NCBI RefSeq assembly: GCF_009914755.1
Contig: NC_060927.1
Length of the DNA: 64,000 nt
Source of the DNA: the human T2T-CHM13v2.0 reference genome, Homo sapiens
Reading direction: 5' to 3' (one strand)
In this document: positions 42,289-56,027 of the stretch, one piece after another
How the letters are laid out: the number at the start of each line of letters is the position of its first letter
How positions within the stretch are numbered: position 1 is the stretch's first letter
Position numbers and translations under genes: made by a program
The notes under the pieces: generated by a model
The model's input: only the letters and a program-made list of their open reading frames with translations
Databases searched by the model: none
What the model was told of the DNA's origin: nothing

Positions 42289-43640
42289 TCCCTTTCATTT
42301 TTTACATCATTCACTTGAATCCTACAGACATATCAGTTTGAAAGCCCTGGTAAAGAACAATATAAAATTATTTAAGTGGGAGGATCAAATTGGATCTGGG
42401 AATTCAAAGAACACTCTCCTGTGGAAGTGACCAGAAAGGTGGGATCTGAAAGATGTGATAATCTTAGTTGATTGACAGTAGTTGGGGAAAAAGTTATTCA
42501 GGCAACAAAAACAATGTACAAGGGAACTTACAGTGGAAATTTTGCTTATAGAAATATTTCCTGATGATCTTAGCTCACTTCATCTCTCCTTATTAAAAAA
42601 AAATTAAATCCTTGGTCAGCACATAGCTGAGCAATAGAGGGCTGCATATAGATTTGGAGCTTCAAATAACATTTCGATACATTTTTTTTTTCAAGTATCA
42701 CTTGAGAAACCATATCCACTCGAAGAAAATCAACTTTTTTTCCTCTCCACTTCAGCATGATAGTTTCCGATCCTGAGACCATCCAGGCCCTGAATGTGAA
42801 GGCCATCTGCTGAGCAGGCCATTTCCCTGGGACAGCAAGTGCTCTTCTTGAGTGGATTTCACCAAATTGCTTTTCCTTTCTAAAGGAGATTGACTTATTT
42901 GTAGAGGAGGGCATCCCATCCTTGGGGCTTTTCGAGAACTTGTATCTTCACAGAAAACGGTGTGCTTTGAGAGTTGTTTCAGATCCTAGGCTGCTGAAGG
43001 CCAAGGTTTTGCTAACAGCTTCTCAAGCACTGGGGTCTATTTATTATATTGAGGTATTTTGGGCTCCTTGATGGTAATAATATGAAAGCAGGTCCAATCT
43101 ATGCACTAAGAGGCACCTTGCTTTTCTACTTCCATAGAACTAACATCTACTAAGTGACAAACTATTTCCAAGGCTTCACTAGTTTTGCTGGGAATAGAGA
43201 GAAAACAGATACCTGAGTATTGCCCTAAAAAATTCACAGCTTAGAGGTAAAGCCAACATAAGCACAATTCCTCCAATCGATGCAAAAATAGACATACGTA
43301 ACAAGTGTTGAATGAACAACCAACACGAATGTTGGTAAAAACATCAGGTCCAGCCAACATGAAATTACAGAAGACCATCTCTCATACAGTTCCTCCACTG
43401 ACCTCTCGCAGGACATCCAGCTGCAGAATTTGAGGCAAAAACAGACCCAACTTGCCACTTTTCAGCCTAAGCCCTTCTGCCCACTCTCCTCTCTCAGATC
43501 CTTTAGACCAATAAGATTTAAGATTTTACTTCCATTCACAGACTCCCCAACCCACAAAATACCTGCCTGCCTGTGCCTAAGGCTGCATTTTATACTTCAT
43601 TAACCTAGTATTTTTCCAGCATCAGTGGAGATCTCCATCA

Positions 43641-43659
43641 TGCCACCAGATGACGGCGT
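43641..43659 (+). promoter_or_regulatory. CTCF-like motif
   Basis: TGCCACCAGATGACGGCGT resembles the CTCF core CCACCAGRKGGCRS, with one key mismatch. Confidence 0.35.
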
Positions 43660-44445
43660 CACCCTTCCTGGACTCCACATGTGTTTACTGCAAGAAGAAA
43701 CTAAAATCTTCCATACTCAAGCCCTTCCAGTTGGCCTAATAGTTGCTTATACTTTCATCTTTACTATGAAGCAACTCTGTTAAAAAAATTATTTTTCAGG
43801 TGCCACCATGGATATATCCACCCTTTGATCAGGGAGAAAAGCATATGTGAAATTGAGAAAGGACACGTTTTCCTTTTCCTGGGCAGGTTTTGGGGATGTC
43901 AGTCACTGTAAAAATCTTTTCTTGGGAATGCCGTCCACATCTGCAAACTGTTCCTGCAAGGTCTATGTAGAAATGCATTTAAGAACATAGTTTTTCTTAA
44001 GCAATCCTCTCTGGAAAACACCAACCTGGCCTCCTCAGCTGAACTATAAAGTCACATTGCTTTCTTTTTTTTTCTATGACAGGACAGAAGGAAGTGATTC
44101 ACACACCTGAATTCCCTAAGAAACAGACATTTTCACACAGGAAGGTGTTTTGATAGCTTTTCTTTCTTTGGAAGTCACGACGTACATGTGAGTTTTAAGG
44201 GTTCCTTATTCAGCAGGGAAAGAAAACCTAAGATGGGATGATAACAATGTGAATTATACCCTATTTAAATGATTTCTGCCTTTCTATTTTTTCCTTTTTT
44301 TTTTTTTGCACTTTATCAGAAGCAAGCATGATTCAAATTATAATATTGGCAGAACAAATTTGTAGTTTCTAAAGAAGATATTGTCACATCTGCACCACTA
44401 TTGAGCTGCATAATGTTGCCCAAGCTCCTCAATCTCTCTTAGACC

Positions 44446-45128
44446 TAGGCCAGAGGGACTCTTGTCCTGGGCCATGGACTTTAGAGGGCACATGACAAAC
44501 CCCAAAATGCAGGGTTTTTTCTTTTCAATCTTAAATAGAAGTTTTGTTTGTTTTCTTAATTTAATAACTGACTAAGCCAATGGGAGGGACTCACCTGAAC
44601 TTGGACTCCAGACCGGAGGGTGCTGAACTGAGAGCCCATGAGAGAATGAACCACAGCCTCTGTCCTTGGAAACCAAGACGAAATAGGTGTTTAGTGTTGA
44701 AGTAGACAGGATCCCCCAGATAACTCTGTTGTCTCCCTTCTCCTTGTTCAGAGGATGTAATCTGAGAGGCACTTAGAACCCCTGGAAGGCCTGAGTCAGA
44801 CAAGTGGGGCCTGGAAGTGAAGAATCTGCCTTACTTGCCTCCCTGGGGAGCTTGAGCAGGTCATTACCACCTGCTCAGGTTTGGTGAGCCCAGGAGTCTT
44901 GGGCGTGGTTCCAACTCCCACCTAGCCCTGCCCCAGCAGATCAGTGCTGCCACACAGCCTCTTTAGTCTGCAGGGCTGGCCCAGGGGAGACTGAAGCTCC
45001 AGGCAGAGGGCTGCAGGGCCCAGGAGAGAAGGCAGGCATAGCTTAATTGGACCATTGGCATACTTAGATATTTGGTCTGCGGGTCTCTGTTAGCACTTCT
45101 CCAGGCCCCAGCAATGCTAGAGCAACTT
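44446..45128. mobile_element. Old hAT-Tip100-type element (MER91/MER45-like)
   Basis: Ends ggccagagggactcttgtcctgggcc... and ...ccaggccccagcaatgctagagc resemble Tip100-family termini. GC-richer interior. Confidence 0.4.
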
Positions 45129-45637
45129 GCTTCTAGTTCCTTCTCTAAAAATAACAGGACTCAATTAAATTGCTCTACAGTTTGGACCTGCTCTACAAAA
45201 TCATTATATTTTCATTTAAGTACCTTAAGATAAAGTGACATAAAAATTGCAATTCAAGATGTCAGAAAAAAATAATAAACTAAAATTTATTTTTCCAGAG
45301 TTATTTCAAGAAGAAAGCTTTAAATGAATTACAGCTTCTGGCTTGCCCTTTCCTACCTCTCAGGTTGCATGCCCTATAAAAAGGATGTCATTAAGTAAAA
45401 CTATGGTTTGAAATGCATAAGGATCCGCACACATAAAATACCACAAATACTACACTGTAAAATTCTCCATGTGGCATAAGAATCACAGTTTATCACACTC
45501 TAATGATCAACTGGCAATTAATCCTTAACCACCTCCCAGCACTGAAGATCCTTTCTAAAATATACAAAGGGAAAAAATTATGAAGAGATTACCCTAAGAC
45601 TCAGCATCCAAACAATAACTTTATAAAGAATAAACGA

Positions 45638-45975
<338 letters not shown>

Positions 45976-46948
45976 CTAGAAACACTGAGAAGTATTTACT
46001 ATTATTACTTGGGAGCATTAACTTAGAAGTACCTAGAGATGTCAACTGTGAAATACTAATCTGAGTTTTAATTTTTCTCATTTTTATACTAATTACAAAG
46101 ACAGATGTGCTTACTACGCGCACTGCTTAAACAAGTATAGTAAAAGAAACAGCTTTCCCCCTTCTGATCGGAGGCATAAATAATATTTCTGTAGTATGTT
46201 CTATTCCCATATATCACAGAACTGGCTGAAATGTATCTCTGGCTTCCATAAATCATAAGTACAGTTAAGCAGAACCTCCTCCTCCAATGTAGAAAACAAA
46301 CATAGAGCAATGAAATCTAGAGTTACACAATATTTGAGTGTGAGTTTCTTCATAGTCCATTTTAATTGATTTATACAGACAGGAAAGAGGGGGAACATTA
46401 AACCTTTTACAAACCTTCCCGAGTTTGCCTAATTAGGCCAGTCCTGCATAAAGAGCTTCATAGTTTTGGAAAATCCAAGAGCAATGAAATAAAAATGAGA
46501 TAAATTAGGGGAAAACACACATATTCTAACACCTGTTCTTAAATCCTGTGCTTCTAACAAAGGGAAAGTTATAAGTAATGGACACGAAGAACAATGACCA
46601 GCTTCTTCACCAGGCCACAGAATTGTATCTCTGAAATTTCAATCCACATTTTACCTTTAAGAAGGAAATCTGTGAAACAAGCCAAAACCATCAAAAGTGT
46701 ACATGAAAAGTCATGCTTGATGGGAGAAGTTTATTTAACAGAACATTAACTGAGATGTGTAAAATAACTAATCTCAGTCAGGACTGAAGATAGTAATTTT
46801 TTAAAAAAGCATTTTCAATTTTTGTTTAAAAATGTGCTCAGAATCTTCATGTCTAGTAAGTTGCTGAGTAAATGTAAATGTAAAAACTAAAATACCTAAA
46901 GTAAATGACCCTGTTTAAAAAAATATTTAAGGCAGTGCTAAATCATCT

Positions 46949-47108
46949 ACCATATTTCTTCTGAATTTAAGACACCAACAATTATAAGAAGCATCTTAAT
47001 TTATACCCACAGAGAAAAGAAAATCTTGTAATAGCACCACCAACTGTGAGATGCAGTCCAATTTCAGAGACACAAAAATATGCTTAAAAATGAGTCATTT
47101 AAATATGG
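46949..47108. mobile_element. TcMar-Tc2 MITE (MER104-like)
   Basis: Termini ccatatttc ... aaatatgg with internal taaga(c)...taagaagcatc motifs. Confidence 0.4.
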
Positions 47109-47211
47109 AAAACATATCCAGCTATTAAACTTGAAAAAGCTAGAATAAACATTTGTGTAAAACGACCACTTAGCAAATACTTGTAGAATAAATGGAAAAA
47201 CGAATGACTTT

Positions 47212-47972
47212 ACAAACAACTTTCTTTTTAAAATTTTTTTATATATTCAGGGGTACATGTGCAGGTTGGTTACGTGGATATATCGTGTGATGCTGAGGTT
47301 TGGGTTTCCATTGTACCCATCACACAAATTGTGAACTCTATATCCAATAGGTAATTTTTCAGTCCTCACTCTCCTTTCCTCTCCCCCATTTTGGAGTCCC
47401 TAGTGTCTACTGTTACCCTCTGAATGTGTACATATACCCATTGTTTAGCTCCCACTTACAATTAAGAGATCACACAATATTTGATTTTCTGTTTCTGAGT
47501 TACTTCACTTAGGATAATGGCATCCAGCTCCATCCATATTGCTGTGAAAGACATGAAAAGGACTGATATCCAGAATCTACAAAGAACTCAACTCAACAAG
47601 AAAAAACAAAAACCCCATTAAAGAGTGGGAAAAGGACCTGAACAGACATTTCTCAAAAGAAGACGCACAAGCAGCTAACAAACACATGAAAAAAATGCTC
47701 AACATCACTAATTATCAGAGAAATGCAAATTAAAACCACAACAAGATATCATCTCACACCAGTCAGAATAGCTATCATTAAAAAGTCAAAAAACAACAGA
47801 TGTCAGTGAGGCTGTGGAGAAAAGGTACGCCTTATACACTGTTGGTAGGAATGTAAATTTATAACAGCTCTATGGAAAACAGTGCGGAGATTTCTCAAAG
47901 AACTAAAAATAAAACTACCATTCAACCCAGCAAATCTACTACAGAATATCAACCCAAACAAACAACTTTCTT
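47212..47972 (-). mobile_element. Old L1PA (PA13-16-like) fragment with 5' inversion
   Basis: Antisense 3' UTR at 47227-47556 joined to a sense ORF2 C-terminal segment at 47557-47957. Perfect TSD acaaacaactttctt at 47212-47226 and 47958-47972. Confidence 0.9.
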
Positions 47973-48225
47973 GATAGAAAATTGGAATAAGGAAAATTTC
48001 TGTATATATGATCATAGAGATAAGATCATAGATCATAGAGCTATACATATGATCATAGAAACAGATAGTTCCCCCTTCACCGAGTCTTTCCCTTACTACT
48101 TTGGACCACCTTTCTCTTCCATCTCAGAGTTCCTACAAATGTTGGCATAAAAAAGCACACACTCTAACACTAGTTTTACATGCAAACACATATCCACATA
48201 CATACACACTCACCTACATGCTAGA

Positions 48226-48440
48226 GCAGGGGTCAACTAATGATGACATATGGGTTAAATGCCAGCTGCCAGTTTTGTAAATAAAGCTGTATTTGAACAA
48301 ATTCATGCTCACTTGTTTATGTATTTTCTATGGCTGCTGTTTCCATGCTACAATGGCAGCATTAAATAATTACAAGAGACAGAATGGCCCTCAAAGCCTG
48401 CAGTATTTATCATCTGGCCGTTTAAGAAAAAGTTTGCTGA
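48226..48440. mobile_element. MER58A-type hAT-Charlie MITE, split near its end by an L1
   Basis: caggggtc...ttttgtaaataaag...ctatggctgct...aaagcc...atttatcatctggccgtttaagaaaaagtttgctga. Confidence 0.85.
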
Positions 48441-49148
48441 ACAATTCACAATTGCAAAAATATGGAACCAACCTAAATGCCCATCAACCAACAAATGGAT
48501 AAAGAAAATGTGGTATATGCACACCATGGAATACTACTCAGCCATAAAACGGAACAAAATAATGGCCTTTGCAGCAACTTGGATGGAGGCCATTTTTCTA
48601 AGTGAAGTAACTCAGGAATGGAAAACCAAATACCAAATGTTCTCATTTATAAGTGGGAGGTAAGCTATGAGGACATACAAGCATAAGAATGATATAATGG
48701 ACTTTGGGGACTTGGGGAAGGATGGAAGGCGGAAGAGATAAAAGACTACATATTGGGTACAGTGTACACTGCTCAGGTGACGGGTATACCAAAATCTCAG
48801 AAATCACCACTGAAGGACTTATCCATATAACCAAAAACCACCTGTTCCCCCAAAACTATTGAAATTAAATTTAAATAAATAATAAATAAATAAAGTACAT
48901 GACAGCAGCAATTTAGAAAGTGCATAATTTATTACATTTATAAGCTCATAACAAAATGAATACTTAGGAACTTTTAAAATGAATTTGAAGTAACAATTAG
49001 ATGTAAAATTCTCAAAGCTTGGAACCTGAAATATTAAATTCTAGAATTTCTTAAAAACTTCTTCTTATGTAAGAGAAACTTGCATAGTTTGAAAATTATT
49101 ATGTTCTTCCAAGGAAAAAAAGGAGGAATTAAAAAAAAGAAACAAAGA
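48441..49148 (+). mobile_element. L1PB1-type 3' fragment with probable 3' transduction
   Basis: L1PB 3' end to ~48894, then ~220 bp of non-L1 sequence and a second A-rich tail. TSD aagaaaaagtttgctga at 48424-48440 and 49149-49165. Confidence 0.85.
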
Positions 49149-50473
49149 AAGAAAAAGTTTGCTGAGCTATGCAAGAAAATATAAGACCCTAGAGCACAGA
49201 GGCCATGTTGTAGGCTGGTCTTACTCTCCCAGCAGCACCTGGCACCAAGTAAAAAGCAGTTAATGTATGCTTATTGGTAGATTTTACTGACCTAAAAGTA
49301 GGATATCTCTAAATGTAGCTGAAAAGTCTTCTGATATACATACGTTTCACACTTGCCCTTATTCAGGCTAATTTCCACTTCTAGAGGAAGCTCTTTACCC
49401 TCCATTTTACCCTTCTTTTTGTAAGTTAATATTTAGTACCTAAATTAATCCCACACTAGCTGTATGACTAATACAGAGAGTACTCCATGTATACCCTGAT
49501 TAAGTTCACTGGACAGATGCTTTGAGGGCCATCAGTTGCCTTTCACACCAAGAACAACATATAACAAAGAAGCTTTTACCACCTAGCAGTAATTTCAAGG
49601 CATCAGTCATTTCCCAGACATCTGTTGGGCATGTTCTCTGGGCTACTCTAGATAAAGGGCTACCAAGAAGAATTAGACACAGCCTCCACCTTCAAGGAGC
49701 TGAGAGTGTTCTTAGACTTAATCTCTTTAGACTCATTTCAAAGTGAACACAGAGTAAATCGCATGACAGCAAAGAGGACCTCAAGCTGCTGACAAGGGAA
49801 AAAGATCCGCTGAATTATTCCATCAGGACTTGGGTGTTTCCTGTGTTCAGAGGTCCTGGGGCAATAGAAGGATGTACAGTCACGGCTCCTTACCTGAAGC
49901 CATATACAGGACAGGGACAAGGACAATGTTGTGTCATAAAAAAGAGCAAATGGAAGAAGAACACAGTCCTTTGGATCCCTGAAGAAAAAGAGATTAATTG
50001 TGACAGGATCAGAGTTGAAGAGGAGGTAAGAGAAGACCTGTGAAGGAGGTTTTTAAATATATTTTAAACAAGAAGATGAATTTCAACAGAAAATCATTTG
50101 GGATGAGGGAAGAATAAAGGCACAAAGATAGACAGGTGCAGTGCCTGGCTGTATTGTCCATGCTCTATAAGGGGAGCTATTGTCATACAGTCACCAAATG
50201 TTTATTGAGTGCCTATTCTGTGCTAAGTGATGTATCTGAGAGCGAGGCAAGTTCCCTTTAGAGGCAGAAAAAAACTACTTCCCAGGTGAGTTTATATTGT
50301 CATCCTTCTGATGTAAAGAAAGCACAGTGTGGGTGAGGAACATGGTGGAAGACAAGGCTCAACAGGTAGGCAGGGATCCAACTGTGAAACGCCTGGGATG
50401 CCTCGCCAAAGAGGTTGGATTCTACTGTAAAGATACTTATAATATTTTACATATTATATATTAAATATAGATA

Positions 50474-51570
50474 CAGTCATGCACCACATAATGATGTTTT
50501 GGTCAACAAGGAACACCACACTATATACAATGGTGTTCCCATAAAATTATAATGGAGCTAAAACTTCCTGTCACCGTGACATCATCGCCTTCGTGAAACA
50601 GCAGCACGAGGCATTACTCATGTTTGTGGTGCTGCTGGTGCAAACAAACCTACTGCACTGCCAGTTGTATAAGAGTATAACACATGCAATTATATACATA
50701 TTATTTAGCAATGATAATAAATGACTATGTTACTGGTTTATCTATTTACTATATTATACTTTTTATCTTGATTTTGGAGTGTGCTCCTTCAATGTAAATT
50801 TTTTAAAATTTAACTGTAAAACAGCCTCAGGCAGGTCCCTCAGGAAGTATCCAGAAGAAGGCATTGACATCATAGGAGATGACAGCTCCATGCGTGTTAC
50901 TGCCCCTGAAGACCTTCCAGTGGGATCATCAACATCAACAGTGATGTTGATGATCCTGATCATGTGCAGGCCTGGACTAATGTGTGTGTTTGTGTTTTAG
51001 TTTTTAACAAAAAAGTTAAAACAGTAAAAAAAATTAACAGAAAAAAGTTCATAAAGTAAGAATATAAGGAAAATATTTGTATAGCTTTATAAAATGTAAA
51101 AATTTACAGTAAGCTAAAAAAGTTTAATAAATTTAGTATAACCTAAGTGTACAGTGTTTGTAAAGTCTACAGTAATATACAGTAGTGTCCTAGGCCTTCA
51201 CATTCACTCACCACTCACTCACTGACTCACCCAGAGCAACTTCCAGTCCTGTAAACTCCATTCATGGTAGGTGGCCTACATGGTTCTCCTACCTTCTCTC
51301 TTTCATACCACATTTTTGCTGTACCTTTTCTACGTTTAGATATGTTTACAGATACCATTGTGTTACAGTTGCCTGCAGTATTCAGTACAGTCGCTTGCTG
51401 TACAGGTTTGTAGCCTAGAAGCATATCACATAGGTTTGTAGCATATTGCATAGCTGTATAGTAGACTATACCACATAGGTTTGTGTAAGTATACTCTATG
51501 GACATTCACATGACAAAATCACCTAATGTCACATTTCTCAGAACATTGCCCCATCATTGATATAGTACTG
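50474..51570 (+). mobile_element. Tigger3b-type DNA transposon
   Basis: cagtcatgcaccacataatgatgttttggtcaac...gcctcaggcaggtccctcaggaag...cattcactcaccactcactcactgactcacccagagcaacttccagtcc...catttctcagaac. Confidence 0.9.
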
Positions 51571-51887
51571 TATTATAAATTAAATATATATATATTTAAT
51601 ATAATATAAATTCTGCTCACATTTTAGGGCACTAAGGATCATTGTAACACTGGTCTTCAAAACCAAGCGCATTTACAGCAAAGAACAGAACATAATATGA
51701 ATTCAACTCACTATGAGACGTATTACCACTCATCCTCAAATGTTTGAACTTGATCATTTTGGGAAATACAGAAGGGGCCCAGTATATGTCAGTACAGCAG
51801 GCAATGTGCTCCTTGTATTGCTAGCTATGGATTAGAGATCATTTCCAAATGACCCAAACTTAATATTCTATACAATTTGCCAGACGT

Positions 51888-51936
51888 ATGTATGTGTGTG
51901 TGTGTGGTATGTTGTGTGTGTGTGTGTGTGTGTGTG
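51888..51936. repeat. (TG)n microsatellite
   Basis: Directly visible. Confidence 0.9.
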
Positions 51937-51964
51937 TTAATAGATATACACTCTTAGTCATATG

Positions 51965-52242
51965 ATTATTATTTTTTTTTTTGAGACAGAGTCTTGCTCT
52001 GTCACCCAGGCTGGAGTGCACTGCAATCTCCGCCTCCTGGGTTCAAGCAATTCTCCTGCCTCAGCCTCCCCAGTAGCTGGGATTACAGGTGCATGCCACC
52101 ATGCCAGGCTAATTTTTGTATTTTTAGTGGAGATGGGGTTTCGCCATGTTGGTCAGGCTGGTCTAGAACTCCTGACCAGTGATCCACCCAACTCGGCCTC
52201 CTAAAGTGCTGGGATTACAGGTGTGAGCCACCACTCCCGGCC
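51965..52242 (-). mobile_element. AluS SINE with a small internal deletion
   Basis: Reverse dimer. ctggagtgca|ctgcaatctcc lacks about 19 bp. Confidence 0.93.
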
Positions 52243-52621
52243 CTTAGTTGTATTTTAAAAGCAACAAAATTTCCTTCCCTACCTGAATGCTCCTTTATGA
52301 GATAGCTCCAGACATGGCAGTAGATACATACCTTTTAGCAGCTTAATCCCCAAATAAAGGGGATTTTTCATGGCTTTTTCAAGATTAGTCCACCAGCTTT
52401 TATGTCCTAAAGTGGCCTATTTCCTAAAAGCGACTTCTTTTATCCTTCCTTAGTGATATTTCTTCCCTAATCATCAGTTTTTCCTCAGATTCTTTAAAAA
52501 AAAAAAAAAAAAAAAAACTCATCTTCATGAATTGTCATCCCATAATATGCCAGGGTGATTTAATATTTCAGCTTTTCTTGGCTAATTTATCTTGACTTGA
52601 CTGTGTTTATTAGGCTCTAAA

Positions 52622-52851
52622 TAAGGATTTCCCAACCTCGACATCATTGACATTAGAGACCAGATAACCGTGTTGTCGAGGGGCCTGCCCTGTGCATTGT
52701 AGGATGTTTAGCAGCATCCCTGGCCTCCACCCACAAGCTGCCAGCAGTGCCCCTTCCCACACACACATCCACCTTGTGACAATCAAAACTGTCTCCAGTC
52801 ATTGCCACATCTCCTGTGGGGGGCACAATCTTCCCCTGTTGACAACCACTG
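52622..52851. mobile_element. MER20 hAT-Charlie MITE
   Basis: cctgtgcattgtaggatgtttagcagcatccctggcctc...tgacaatcaaaactgtctccag...gttgacaaccactg with TCTAAA-type flanks. Confidence 0.92.
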
Positions 52852-52879
52852 TTCTAAACTTTTTAGTTTCATTTTATTA

Positions 52880-53105
52880 TAATAATAATAAAAGATAACA
52901 CATATTGAGGTTTACAGTTAGCCATCCACTATTCCAATCATGTTTCCAGATTAACTCAATCCTCACAATGACCCCCATTTTAAAGATGAAGAAATACTCA
53001 GACAAGATAAGTGTCTTGTCTAAGGCCACGCTGCTGCTAAGTGGCAGAATGATGTCTTGAACCCGATTCCACTGATGTCAGACCCTTAGCTCTTAACTAC
53101 TAGAC
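52880..53105 (-). mobile_element. MIR SINE
   Basis: aatcctcacaatgacccccattttaaagatgaagaaa...gctaagtggcagaa. Confidence 0.75.
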
Positions 53106-54139
53106 CATTTGGCTTTTCTGAAATTGTTCAAAGTCAACACCAGTAGAACAGGTACAGGCTTTCTCTTTGTCTTCCCTACTTAGTGTCCTGAAGCCATCCA
53201 GAAAACCCAGCACACATTTGAGGATTTATCATTTGTATAGCAGGAATTCTCGCATCTTCGCAGAAGTCAAATTCAACTATCTAACAACTGGTGTGGCTCG
53301 GCATGGATGGATCCCATGGATGTGGATCATAAACAATCCATATGAGTATGACCAGCCATCTGGTGCCTACAGGATGAATGGAACTCTGCATTTTCCTCAA
53401 CTAAAGTTTTATTTTGCCCAAGCAGTCACTGCCTTGGGTATGCATTCATAGAGTACCTGCAGGGTGCAGAGAACTAAAAACTGGTGTGGACACTTTAAAA
53501 AGTAAGAGATGAGATTCTGCTTTCCAAAATTTCAAATCCCATTAGTAGGACAAAACACCCAGCTACAACATGACATTAAGAAGACTTACAGTGCATCACA
53601 CAGCAAACATTAATTTCAACTAAGCGGGGGGTGGGGATCCCAACTCTTATGCAATTAAAAGTTAGAATTATAGAATATTTTTCTTAGAAACAACTTTTTA
53701 AAAGCAAGTGATCAATCAGGCTAATAATATGTTATGAATATGCACACCTAAGAAGCATATTTAATAAATCTAAAAATGACCTGAAGTTCTCCTATCAATT
53801 TGTTTATAATGAATAGTTTTCTATTATGCTTGAAAGTAATTTGTGCTCTTTAATGATAAAAACATTTCCCTTCTGCTTCAGTGTAATCTATTAATTTGCT
53901 TAGTAAATGCTTTGCAAAGGCAAACTTTTGCCCAGTCCATACAAACTGGTGCAAATTTTAAATGGTTGGGTTATGTAATAATTATGCTTTCATTAGAGAA
54001 ATAGTCTTTCTTACAACTATTGAAGACTGACCAAGAATAAAGTGGTGGGTGGGAAGTAACTTCTCAGATGGTTCTAATGAGCCCCTGAGCTGAAAACAAC
54101 TGGGTAAAGGAATGTCGGTGCATAAGGGAAATGAGGAAT

Positions 54140-54365
54140 GGCTAGGCGCACCGTGGTACAGACTGCAAGCTCCTGGACCCCTGAGTTAATCAGCTCTTCT
54201 ACCAGCTCCTGCTCTATGACCTTCAGCAAGTTATTTCCTCCCACTGATCTTTAGATTCTTCCTTTGCAAAATGGATTTGTTCAGTGGAACAAATGAGAAA
54301 ACTCATGTAAAGAGTTTAACATGCTATCTGAAACACAGGACATGCCCAATACCTTTTAATAATAA
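54140..54365 (+). mobile_element. MIR SINE
   Basis: tatgaccttcagcaagttattt...tgcaaaatgg...aaatgagaaaactcatgtaaagag. Confidence 0.7.
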
Positions 54366-54485
54366 TTGCAGGCATTCCACATGAGGTGACTTTTGAGTTA
54401 AGTCTTGGTCTTGATGGTGAAAGTAAACCTATCTTCCTCTAATAATTCTTGTAATTTTTTCATTCCTACCAATTCTTTTCCTTAG

Positions 54486-54795
54486 TTTGTTGGTTTATTT
54501 TTTGTTTTAGAGACAGAGTCTTGCTCCGTTGCCTAGGCTAGAGTTCAGTGACACAATCATAGTTCATTGTAACCTGGAATTCCTGGGCTCAAGAGATCCT
54601 CCCACCTCCTCAGCCTCCCGAATACCTAGGACTAAAAGCATGCACCACCATGCCCAGGTAATTTAAAAAATTTTTTTTACAGACAGAGTCTCGCTATATT
54701 GCCCAGACTGGTCTTGAACTCCTGGCCTCAAGCAATTCTCCTGCCTCGGCCTCCCAAACTGCTAGGATTACAGGTGTGAGTCACTGTGCCTGGCC
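54486..54795 (-). mobile_element. AluJ SINE
   Basis: Reverse dimer with J diagnostics, flanked by ctaccaatt(c/a)ttttc repeats. Confidence 0.93.
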
Positions 54796-55664
54796 CTACT
54801 ACCAATTATTTTCTTTTAAAAATGGGATTTAGCCACAAAATGTATTGATATGCTGCACGGTCTTCCTATTTATAATCAACATTCAAGATCGAATTTTCCA
54901 TTTGCTCCTCAGTTATCCCAAATCAAACTGATTTGTTACTCTTTATCTCCTGAATCCTTGAGCTCCCTACTCTGCTTTCAATAGCGTCCCATCCTTGCCA
55001 ACAATTATGCAAACATTTGCACCACCTCAAATGGCTAAGGCAAAGACATATTTGCTTCTACATGCTTCTTTCCAATAACTAATTCTGTAAACACAATAAA
55101 GTACATTCCAGGCAGTGCTGAATTTTTTACAGTATTAGTTATAAACCCCTAAAATAATTTATAATGGAAATTCTGAGATATTCTTCACTACAGAGGATAT
55201 TGGTCCTAGACCCAGCAACAAAACACGTGTTCACAGGCACACACAACTGTATGTATGCAATACACGTACACAGAAAAGAGTTCTGTTCACTTAACCCAAA
55301 TTTATTCAGAACAGTTTATGTTATTTATTTTCATGAGTTTTAGACAAGATCTTTTTTAGCACATTACAGAGGCCTGGAGGGGCTTTCTGCATAAAAGACA
55401 AAGCCAAGCACTGTTAATGCAAAGTATAGTAACTCAGTGTTTTGAGAAACATGGCCAAATGTATTTGAACATGAGGCCATCAGGCCAAGAAATCTTGGTG
55501 TCTAGAGCTGAGAGCAAAATTGGCAGTTGGGTTCTTATTATCAGGAGAATTTCTTGCTACATTGTGGCCACTCAGCTTAGCCCACCTCAACCTTACAAGG
55601 ATGCATATGCATGTTTTGAAAACATTTAAGATGCAAATATTTCATATCATACATATGCTGGTAA

Positions 55665-56027
<363 letters not shown>

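Noticed and set aside
51579-51600. 22-bp perfect palindrome attaaatatatatatatttaat (similarly T-run/aatt/A-run near 33820-33845)
   Set aside because: Low-complexity AT sequence, where palindromy is expected by chance.
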